From positions 7,283-71,282 of the forward strand of contig JACPLC010000006.1 of NCBI GenBank assembly GCA_016186695.1: DNA of 64,000 nucleotides, read 5' to 3'. A program made the translations under genes and the position numbers. Origin of the DNA: Candidatus Kaiserbacteria bacterium. GTDB taxonomy: Bacteria > Patescibacteriota > Minisyncoccia > Phycocordibacterales > UBA2100. Positions 19,128 to 26,644 of this stretch are shown here, in pieces. The notes beneath the pieces were generated by a model that saw only the letters and a program-made list of their open reading frames with translations, was not told the DNA's origin and did not search any database. Every line of letters starts with the position of its first letter. Position 1 is the first letter of the stretch.

Positions 19128-20372
19128 ATGGCGACTGTATTGATAATCGGAGCCGGCGGCGTAGGAAGTGTCACCGCGCATAAGTGCGCGATGAATGCCG
19201 ACGTGTTCACAAAGATCCACCTCGCTTCGCGTACGATCGGGAAACCGAATGCAATAAAGAAAGATATCAAGAAGCGCTGGGGCATTGATATTCAAACGCA
19301 CACCGTCGATGCCGATAAAGCAAAAGAAGTCGCGGCACTCATACGAAAGACAAAACCCGCCGTTGTCATCAACGTTGCGCTTCCTTATCAAGACCTCGTT
19401 ATCATGGACGCGTGTCTTTCGACGGGCGTACACTACATCGACACCGCCAACTACGAGCCGCGAGATGAAGCGCACTTCGAATACAGCTGGCAGTGGGCAT
19501 ACAAAGATAAGTTCAAGAAGAAGGGCATCATGGCAGTTCTCGGCGCCGGATTCGATCCGGGAGTTACGAATGCTTATTGTGCATACATCCTCAAAAAATA
19601 CTTCGACAAGATCCGCTTCGTGGATATTCTCGACGCGAACGCCGGCAGCCACGACAAATCCTTCGCGACGAACTTCAATCCGGAAATAAACATCCGCGAG
19701 ATTACACAAGAGGTAAAACACTGGCGCAGGAAAAAGGGGGTGGGTCGTTGGATCAAGACGCCACCTGTGATGCACGAAGGAAGCGTGCACTTCAGCTTCA
19801 ACTATCCCGTCGCGGGCCCGCGTGAGAGCTACCTTCTTTTCCACGAGGAAATGGAATCGCTCGTAAAAAACCTTCCTGGGTTGGAGCGCATGCGTTTCTG
19901 GATGACATTCGGACAGAATTACCTCACCCACCTGCGGGTGATGGAGTCTATCGGTATTTCCCGTATCGATGCGATAGATTTCAAGGGGCAGAAGATCATA
20001 CCGATGGAATTCCTGAAGGCGCTCCTCCCCGACCCCGCCTCGCTCGCGACGAAGTACACAGGGAAGACAGTCATCGGCTGTATCGTGACCGGCGTGAAAG
20101 GAAAAAAGGAGAGCACGAAATACATCTACAACGTGAGCGACCACGCCAAGTGCTTCAAGGAGGTCGGCTCACAGGCAATTTCTTACACGGCAGGAGTTCC
20201 GCCGGTCATAGCTGCAATGATGCTCTTGCAGGGAAAATGGAAAGGCAAGGGCGTATTCAATGTGGAAGAGCTTGATCCAGAGCCATTCCTGAAAGCGCTC
20301 GCAAAGAACGGTCTACCGTTCAAGATCGTGAACTCCAAACCACTTCCGGCATACCTCGGCGCCAAAACGTAG
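19128..20372 (+). CDS. carboxy(nor)spermidine dehydrogenase (saccharopine-dehydrogenase-like)
   Basis: N-terminal Rossmann motif VLIIGAGGVGSVTAHK. Length 414 aa. ATG lies 2 nt after the speB stop. Adjacent to a carboxyspermidine-decarboxylase-type gene. Confidence 0.75.
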   Translation: MATVLIIGAGGVGSVTAHKCAMNADVFTKIHLASRTIGKPNAIKKDIKKRWGIDIQTHTVDADKAKEVAALIRKTKPAVVINVALPYQDLVIMDACLSTGVHYIDTANYEPRDEAHFEYSWQWAYKDKFKKKGIMAVLGAGFDPGVTNAYCAYILKKYFDKIRFVDILDANAGSHDKSFATNFNPEINIREITQEVKHWRRKKGVGRWIKTPPVMHEGSVHFSFNYPVAGPRESYLLFHEEMESLVKNLPGLERMRFWMTFGQNYLTHLRVMESIGISRIDAIDFKGQKIIPMEFLKALLPDPASLATKYTGKTVIGCIVTGVKGKKESTKYIYNVSDHAKCFKEVGSQAISYTAGVPPVIAAMMLLQGKWKGKGVFNVEELDPEPFLKALAKNGLPFKIVNSKPLPAYLGAKT

Positions 20373-20376
20373 AACT

Positions 20377-21561
20377 ATGGCACGCCCACGCTCAACGCTC
20401 GATGCGGGAAAGATCGGAACGCCCGCATTCGTTATCGAGGAGAAATTACTTCGGCACAACCTCTCAGTTCTCAAACGAGTACGCGATAAGACCGGAGCCA
20501 CGGTGCTCCACGCACTGAAGGCGTGGGCAACGTGGCCGCTTTTTCCTATCGTGAAAAAGTACTTGAGCGGCACCGAGGTGAGCTCGCTGAACGAGGCGCG
20601 GCTCGGGCACGAGGAGTTCGGACCCGAAGTGCACATGTATGCTCCTGCGTACAAGCCGGAGGAATTTGATGCTGTTCTCAAGAATTGCAGCCACATTATC
20701 TTTAATTCTTTCGGTCAGTTCCGACAGTTCAAAAGCAACATAAAGAAATCAAAGAAACGAATTTCAGTGGGCCTTCGCATCAACCCCGAAGTTACGGCAC
20801 ATGAGCGACATCATGTATGGAACCCGTGCGCACCGGACTCACGCCTCGGCATCCGCGTGAGCGAATTCGAACGGGAGCTGAAGAGAGACCCGAGAGCGCT
20901 TGAAGGCATCGACGGGCTTCACTTCCATATCTTTTTCGAGCGCGACCTTTCCGATTTGAAACAGGCGCTTCCAAAGATTGAGAAACGCTTTGGACGATAT
21001 TTTCAAGAGATGAAATGGATCAACTTCGGAGGCGGGCAGCGTATTACCGACGATGGCTACGACGTCGAAGGGCTCATCAAGGTCATCAACAAATTCAAAA
21101 AGAAATACGGCGTCGAGGTACATCTCGAGCCCGGCGCTGCGATCGTCTGGTATGCGGGAACACTGGTCGCGTCTGTCTTAGACGTCATCGAGCGAAAAGA
21201 TGTGCCATACAAAGTCGCGATCCTCGATATCTCGTTCGAAGCGCACCTCACGGATTTTATCTTGTCTCCGGTGCTCGAGCTCCGCATCCGCGACACGGGA
21301 AGGAAAGGGCAATTCAGACATGCATACAAATTCGGCGGCAGTACCTGTCTCGCTGGCGACAAGATCAACCGGATCTACACGTTCAAACGACCTCTCAAGG
21401 TCGGCGACAAGGTCATATTCGAAGATGCGATTCAATACACGCTCGTAAAGACGACGATGTTCAATGGCGTCCAGCATCCCTCGATCATCTTGTGGAAAAA
21501 CGGGAAATCAAAAACTCTCCGAACATTCAGCTACACCGACTTCAAATGGAGAATGGGCTGA
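20377..21561 (+). CDS. nspC: carboxy(nor)spermidine decarboxylase (NspC-like, fold-III PLP enzyme)
   Basis: 394 aa. PLP-Lys context VLHALKAWATW. GG motif NFGGGQ. Lies 5 nt after the dehydrogenase gene, the canonical pairing. Confidence 0.7.
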   Translation: MARPRSTLDAGKIGTPAFVIEEKLLRHNLSVLKRVRDKTGATVLHALKAWATWPLFPIVKKYLSGTEVSSLNEARLGHEEFGPEVHMYAPAYKPEEFDAVLKNCSHIIFNSFGQFRQFKSNIKKSKKRISVGLRINPEVTAHERHHVWNPCAPDSRLGIRVSEFERELKRDPRALEGIDGLHFHIFFERDLSDLKQALPKIEKRFGRYFQEMKWINFGGGQRITDDGYDVEGLIKVINKFKKKYGVEVHLEPGAAIVWYAGTLVASVLDVIERKDVPYKVAILDISFEAHLTDFILSPVLELRIRDTGRKGQFRHAYKFGGSTCLAGDKINRIYTFKRPLKVGDKVIFEDAIQYTLVKTTMFNGVQHPSIILWKNGKSKTLRTFSYTDFKWRMG

Positions 21562-21593
21562 TCTTACAGGGCGAAAAGAATTCCCCGTGCGAA

Positions 21594-22469
21594 TCACAGT
21601 TTCTGTTCCACCAAAAACTCCAGTGTGCCTTTGTCAACACGCTCTCGGCTGAAGATAACCTCTTCTCTCAAATCTTCGCGAAGCAACTCCCGATCGCCGA
21701 CGAACACCAAATGTGCTCGTGCGCCCGCATCGCGCAACCCTCTGTACATCTCGTAATCCGATTGACTGTCGCCAAAAGCAAGAAACCTGCGCGGGTGGAT
21801 GTTCTTTTGCTCCAAGAATGTCAAAAACTTCCGAGCTCCAAGCGCCTTGCCTGCCAAAGCGTGGTGGATATCCGTTGCTATTCTCGTCGAGGTAATGTTA
21901 AGTTTGCCCTCCGTGTCATGCGCCACGAGAATCTTCCGCATATCTTCTATGAGTGTCTGTTGCGCTGCCCTAAAGTCGTCAAGGGTCCGGCCACGGAGCT
22001 GCTCCTTGGGTAATAGTTCGACGCTGGCCATCGTCTGCTTGGTCTCATCATAGAACATCACTTCGCGATACGGAGAGTGTTCAGCGAGCGCGCGCACTTC
22101 GCTTTGAATAGTTTCCGGAACCCTGAATGTCTGGTCGAGCTCCTCAATACGCTCCTCTTGAGGCCCATAGGTGATCTGTACCGCACCCAATTCTCCGGTA
22201 GCAAACACCCTTTGCAACAGCGTCGCATCTGTAAGATGCGCCTCGAGCGGCTTAAGTATCTTTTCGACAATAAACTCAGAAGATCTTCCCGTATTGAGCC
22301 CTATCGGCTGACGTCTCTCAAGACGTCTCGCCAATTCGTCGAAGATCTCCGGCAGTTCAACCTGCTTTGCTTCAGGTTCAGTTAAGGTCCCGTCCACGTC
22401 AAAAAGGTATGCAAAGTCGGGATGTCTGAACGATTCGATTGAATCGGAGAATTCACCAGAGTCGATCAC
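21594..22469 (-). CDS. HAD-superfamily hydrolase (IIB-like phosphatase)
   Basis: Motif I FDVDGTLT. Motif IV FGDSQSDYEM. Confidence 0.7.
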   Translation of the reverse strand: MIDSGEFSDSIESFRHPDFAYLFDVDGTLTEPEAKQVELPEIFDELARRLERRQPIGLNTGRSSEFIVEKILKPLEAHLTDATLLQRVFATGELGAVQITYGPQEERIEELDQTFRVPETIQSEVRALAEHSPYREVMFYDETKQTMASVELLPKEQLRGRTLDDFRAAQQTLIEDMRKILVAHDTEGKLNITSTRIATDIHHALAGKALGARKFLTFLEQKNIHPRRFLAFGDSQSDYEMYRGLRDAGARAHLVFVGDRELLREDLREEVIFSRERVDKGTLEFLVEQKL

Positions 22470-22544
22470 CTTTGAAGTATATCAACGGATGTAAAAATCG
22501 ATGCGGGTGGACAAATCCGATACAATACATACAATGCCGCGAAT

Positions 22545-23111
22545 ATGTTGAATTACAACGAGGTGAAGCCGGGAGTTGCGGTCTTGGTCGAGGGCGAGCC
22601 ATACGTCTGCACGTGGAACAACATTATGCAGAAGCAGCAGCGTCGTCCGGTCAACCAGACGAAGCTCCGTCACCTCATCCGCGGCAACGTCATCGAATAC
22701 TCGTTCCAGCAGAGTGACAAGCTGCAGGAAGCTGAAATAGAAACGAAGTCGGCCATCTTCGTCTTTCACGATGCACGAAAGGGTGAGTGGATCTTCCACG
22801 ATGCGAAAGACAAGTCCAACCGCTTTTCTGTCGATGACGAGAAAGTCGGCGAATCCGGCAAGTTTCTCAAACCGAATACAGAAATCGAGACTCTCTCATT
22901 CGACAGTAAACTCTTCCGCGTCAAGCTTCCCATCAAAGTCGATCTCAAAGTGAAAGAGGCGCCGCCGAATACCCGAGGCAACACCGCGCAAGGTGGCTCG
23001 AAGGTTGTCGTGCTCGAAACGGGAGCAGCCGTCAATGCGCCCCTCTTCATAGAGGAAGGCGACGTAATCAGAGTAAATACAGAGACGGCTGAATACGTCG
23101 AGAGAGCTTAG
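22545..23111 (+). CDS. efp: translation elongation factor P
   Basis: 188 aa. N-terminal KOW-like region (VEGEPYVCTWNN..TKLRHLIRGNVIEYSF) aligns with E. coli EF-P. C-terminal PLFIEEGDVIRVNTETAEYVERA matches [23 protein letters not shown]. Confidence 0.8.
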   Translation: MLNYNEVKPGVAVLVEGEPYVCTWNNIMQKQQRRPVNQTKLRHLIRGNVIEYSFQQSDKLQEAEIETKSAIFVFHDARKGEWIFHDAKDKSNRFSVDDEKVGESGKFLKPNTEIETLSFDSKLFRVKLPIKVDLKVKEAPPNTRGNTAQGGSKVVVLETGAAVNAPLFIEEGDVIRVNTETAEYVERA

Positions 23112-23116
23112 GTGAA

Positions 23117-23274
23117 TACGCCTGCCCCGTAGCCAAGTCCGTAGGACTTGTGGTACTGGGGTTGAGCAAGTCTGAGTCTTATGTACACTGCGGGTAACAG
23201 TTACCTGGACGGAGGGCCCACTGGGAGGAAGGCTTTCGTCCAGGTGTCCGGAAACGGGGACCCGTCCTCCCAAC
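23117..23274 (+). ncRNA. candidate structured small RNA / 3' element (unknown family) ending in the terminator
   Basis: Long hairpin CCCCGUAGCCA-AGUCC-GUA-GGACU-UGUGGUAC-UGGGG. An 8-bp helix CCUGGACG...CGUCCAGG encloses GGGAGGA, which can pair with the downstream UCCUCCC (pseudoknot-capable). Sits between convergent genes. Confidence 0.25.
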
Positions 23275-23302
23275 AAAAAGCTCGGTTCTGCCGAGCTTTT
23301 TT
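23275..23302. terminator. bidirectional intrinsic terminator (A-tract, GCUCGG-UUCUG-CCGAGC stem-loop, U-tract)
   Basis: aaaaaGCTCGGttctgCCGAGCtttttt between convergent efp (+) and ATP-grasp (-). Confidence 0.7.
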
Positions 23303-23348
23303 ACTTTTGTATATACGGAAGCAATCCCATGAAGCGCCCCTTTCTTAA

Positions 23349-24560
23349 TTACTTGTATGCCGGCATGTTGGCAAAGCAGTAGTCTAAAAGTCTGTCTGCC
23401 ACGTTCCTAGGAGTACCGCGCGTCGGATAGAGGTGCATATCTATGTATGGCGCACTATTGATCTCAATGATGCCGCATTTCTGCTCATAGTGAGGCCTTG
23501 AGATATCTGGCGCGATAAAATCTATTCCCACGAGCGGACGCTTCGCGAGCGCCGCCACTGCGGAAAAAAGTTCCTTGTTGGCCGGGTGCACCAAATCAGT
23601 CACGTCGTCGATATCCGCGCCGCACGCAAGTATCAATTTATTATGAAGATATACCTTTTGTCCGGGCGCCAGCGTCGAATCGAGGCCGAGGCCCCGCGAT
23701 AGAAGCGCCTTCAATACCCCAGCACTGACAGAAATCTTGTGGAGGGTGTGATTCTTCTGGTGTTGCCACCCACACTGACTTTCCGCATTTTTCATCTCTA
23801 CAAGCTGTCGAATACTGCTCCTGCCATCACCGACCACAGAGGGAGGCTCGCGACGGCAGGACGCGAGTACTTCGCCGTTCAGGACGCTAATGCGAAAGAC
23901 TTCCCCTTCGATATGCTCTTCAACAATGCAGTTCTTGCTGATCTGTCTTGCGGCGCGAACGGCTTCTTCGAGCTGCTTCTCATTCCGAACGTTGCACGTA
24001 ACGTGAAGGCTCAGTGATTGAGCATTCGGTTTAACGACCACGGGAAAGCCGACCTGTGTGCGTACAAACTTCAATGCTTGCCGGTATCGAGTGCACAGCG
24101 CACCCGCCGGATGCGGGAATCCACATACGCTGAGGAGGTTCTTTAATTCGGATTTATCATCAAGCGGTTCCTGAAAATAGTCGTCAACGAGAAGATGAGG
24201 CAATGCCACGAAAAAAACTTTGCGCCCATTGCGCTCCACAGAATACACATTGGTTCCCCGGCGCCCAAACATGATCGCCTTGATCGCGATTCCCCTCTTT
24301 CGTGCCTCGCGGACCACGACAAGCGAACGATTATACAATGCTTCATTATCATCTTCAGCCTCGATCTCCTGAAGGATCCCGAGACGGAGCAGAACTTTCA
24401 AAAAAAGCGAGTTCTTGATGCGCAGGAACCGTCGCAGATACAGTTCGAAGGCGCTCACCGCTTCGGCGGCGGGTGCCAAAAGCATATCGATCTTTTCGAT
24501 GATGTGCCGGCCGTCGCGAACATACGGATCGCAGTGCGCACAGCGACGCGGTTCATTCAT
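23349..24560 (-). CDS. ATP-grasp ligase (RimK/cyanophycin-synthetase-like) with N-terminal extension
   Basis: ATP-grasp elements GFPVVVKPNAQSLSLHV, EEHIEGEVFRISVLNG, IIEINSAPYIDMH. It is the last gene of the rpsF-ssb-rpsR minus-strand run (37-bp gap). Confidence 0.65.
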   Translation of the reverse strand: MNEPRRCAHCDPYVRDGRHIIEKIDMLLAPAAEAVSAFELYLRRFLRIKNSLFLKVLLRLGILQEIEAEDDNEALYNRSLVVVREARKRGIAIKAIMFGRRGTNVYSVERNGRKVFFVALPHLLVDDYFQEPLDDKSELKNLLSVCGFPHPAGALCTRYRQALKFVRTQVGFPVVVKPNAQSLSLHVTCNVRNEKQLEEAVRAARQISKNCIVEEHIEGEVFRISVLNGEVLASCRREPPSVVGDGRSSIRQLVEMKNAESQCGWQHQKNHTLHKISVSAGVLKALLSRGLGLDSTLAPGQKVYLHNKLILACGADIDDVTDLVHPANKELFSAVAALAKRPLVGIDFIAPDISRPHYEQKCGIIEINSAPYIDMHLYPTRGTPRNVADRLLDYCFANMPAYK

Positions 24561-24596
24561 TCCCTCTATTGTACGCGAGAGGATCTTTGCTGCGAC

Positions 24597-24794
24597 CTAC
24601 TTTTGTATATAGGGCAAAAGCCCCATGAAGCGGGCGCGCTTCACCGCCGCTTCGACGGCGCGTTGCTGCTTTGCCGTCAATCCCGTCTTTTTTCTTCCCA
24701 TCACGCGGCCGTGCGGGTTGATAAACTGCCTCAAGAGATCGACGTCTTTGTAGTCGACATGTCGTATATCATTTTGTGTGAGAATGTTGGCCAT
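24597..24794 (-). CDS. rpsR: 30S ribosomal protein S18
   Basis: MANILTQNDIRHVDYKDVDLLRQFINPHGRVMGRKKTGLTAKQQRAVEAAVKRARFMGLLPY. Confidence 0.9.
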   Translation of the reverse strand: MANILTQNDIRHVDYKDVDLLRQFINPHGRVMGRKKTGLTAKQQRAVEAAVKRARFMGLLPYIQK

Positions 24795-24796
24795 AC

Positions 24797-25237
24797 TTAG
24801 AAGGGAATATCGTCCGGATTAATGTCATCTTTCGGGTACTCGATCCCTGCACCAGTGTTTCCGCTGACCTCCTCTTCCGGCTCCGCGCGCTTGCCCCCGC
24901 CCCCGCTGGTTCTCGGCCCAAACTGAACGCGATCAGCAACGACTTCGGTGCGGTACTTCTTTTCGCCGCTCTGTTTGTCGTCCCAGCTTCTCGTTTGCAT
25001 GCGTCCCTCAACGTAGACCGAGCTTCCCTTCTTCAAATACTGGGCGACAGTGTCTGCTTGCCGGCCGAACACAACGACGTTGTGAAAATCCGTCTGCTCC
25101 TGCTTCTTGCCCTCGCGATCGCGATAGACGCGATTGGTTGCGACCGAAAAGTTGCACACGTTCATGCCCGAGGGGAGCGCGCGCAATTCAGGGTCGCGCG
25201 TGATGTTCCCAAAAAGCATCGCTTTGTTGATGTACAT
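24797..25237 (-). CDS. ssb: single-stranded DNA-binding protein
   Basis: OB-fold N-terminal region (NKAMLFGNITRDPELRALPSGMNVCNFSVATN). Gly-rich linker. Acidic C-terminal tail ...DDIPF. Confidence 0.9.
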   Translation of the reverse strand: MYINKAMLFGNITRDPELRALPSGMNVCNFSVATNRVYRDREGKKQEQTDFHNVVVFGRQADTVAQYLKKGSSVYVEGRMQTRSWDDKQSGEKKYRTEVVADRVQFGPRTSGGGGKRAEPEEEVSGNTGAGIEYPKDDINPDDIPF

Positions 25238-25252
25238 ACAAAAATTCTACCA

Positions 25253-25741
25253 CTACTCCTTCGTGATGTCCTGCAGGGCCTTTTCCAGCTCTTCCTCCGA
25301 AACGGGACCGGCCGACTCCTCTGCACGGCGTGGGGTCGTTTTGATGGTATCGGTCCGTTTCACTTCGCGAAGCTGTGGTGCTTTCATCTTTGCGCGTGTG
25401 TCTTCGCGCACCGTGCGGAAGACGATAAAACGCATGACACTCTCGTCCTTTTTGAGCATCGCTTCAAGCGCGCCGGCAACGGAAACGTCCGCTTCGAACT
25501 TTATCCAGCCGAAGTAGCCTCGATCGTGCTCAATGCGCTTTTCACTCTCACCTGCCGTCATTTCGTATGCGAGTCGGGTAAGCGACGGCGCGCCTTCGGC
25601 GATAAAGGACCCGCCTGCTTTCTCTATCTCGGAGCGGATACTTCCGACTGTTTTCTCAACGTCCTCCTCCTTCACGACCGGGGAAATGGTGTAGCCGATT
25701 TCATAAATGCGTGTGACACCTCCGTCGGTGTCGGTTTCCAT
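25253..25741 (-). CDS. rpsF: 30S ribosomal protein S6 with acidic C-terminal tail
   Basis: TRIYEIGYTISPVVKEEDVEKTVGSIRSEIEKAGGSFI... Probable start at the Met of METDTDGG. C-terminus ...EEELEKALQDITKE. Confidence 0.8.
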   Translation of the reverse strand: METDTDGGVTRIYEIGYTISPVVKEEDVEKTVGSIRSEIEKAGGSFIAEGAPSLTRLAYEMTAGESEKRIEHDRGYFGWIKFEADVSVAGALEAMLKKDESVMRFIVFRTVREDTRAKMKAPQLREVKRTDTIKTTPRRAEESAGPVSEEELEKALQDITKE

Positions 25742-25798
25742 TTCTTTGACTGCCTCTTCTACCATAGGTGACGGGCACTGTAGCACAGGAATACGACT

Positions 25799-26641
25799 CT
25801 AAGCAATAGAAAAGACTCTTCGGGCGTTAGCAAAGAGTTGCGCAGCAACTTCCTCCACATCTTCACCACGAATTCCCGCGATCGCACGCACGACCTCCGG
25901 CACATATGCGGGTTCGTTGCGTTTTCCCCGGTGCGGCACGGGCGTCACATACGGCGCATCGGTTTCCGAAAGCAGCATGTCGAGCGGCGCATTCTTCACG
26001 ACCTCGTCGTAATCGTGAGTAAAAGTAAGCACGCCGGTGAACGAGAGTGTGAACCCGAGCTCAAGGAATTTCTTCGCCGTAGTCCAATCCCCCGCAAAAA
26101 AGTGTGTATCTCCCTGCACTTTTACGTGCGCTTTCAATATCTCAAGTGCGTCGTCGTAGGCGTTGCGGATGTGCAGCATGAGCGGCTTCCCTAGTGTATT
26201 CGCCAGTTCGATGTGTTCGATGAATATTTTCTTCTGCAATTCTTTGCTGCTCTCGTCGCTCCGGTAGTAGTCGAGGCCGCACTCGCCTATCGCGATGACG
26301 CGCGGATGTTGCCCCATCGCTTCGTAGGCCGCCATATCAAATGCCTCGCCGCGCGAGGTAAATCCTTCCGCACCTTCCTTGCCCTTCGTAGCCTCGGCGA
26401 AGGAGGGGCCGAGTTCTTTTGCATCATGATACGACTTCGATGTGTGGATCGGATGGAGGCCGATGGTCGCATACACGTTGTTATACGTTTCCGCCAAAGC
26501 GACCGCCGAGGCCGAAGTGTCTTTTTGGGTGCCGACCACGTTCATCGCGACACCCACGTCGCGAGCACGCAGAATGGTCGCCTCGCGGTCCTCGTTGTAC
26601 GCAACGAAATTCACATGAGTATGTGCGTCAAAAAATTTCAT
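25799..26641 (-). CDS. tatD: TatD-family metal-dependent hydrolase (DNase)
   Basis: MKFFDAHTHVNF... and conserved His/Asp/Glu positions of the TatD TIM barrel. Confidence 0.8.
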   Translation of the reverse strand: MKFFDAHTHVNFVAYNEDREATILRARDVGVAMNVVGTQKDTSASAVALAETYNNVYATIGLHPIHTSKSYHDAKELGPSFAEATKGKEGAEGFTSRGEAFDMAAYEAMGQHPRVIAIGECGLDYYRSDESSKELQKKIFIEHIELANTLGKPLMLHIRNAYDDALEILKAHVKVQGDTHFFAGDWTTAKKFLELGFTLSFTGVLTFTHDYDEVVKNAPLDMLLSETDAPYVTPVPHRGKRNEPAYVPEVVRAIAGIRGEDVEEVAAQLFANARRVFSIA

Positions 26642-26644
26642 ATA

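Noticed and set aside
23111-23302. SRP (4.5S) RNA call for the efp-downstream element
   Set aside because: It shares CCAGGU and GUCCGGAA strings with E. coli 4.5S domain IV, but the flanking bases cannot form the conserved helix-8 GGAA-tetraloop hairpin. Left as an unclassified structured element.
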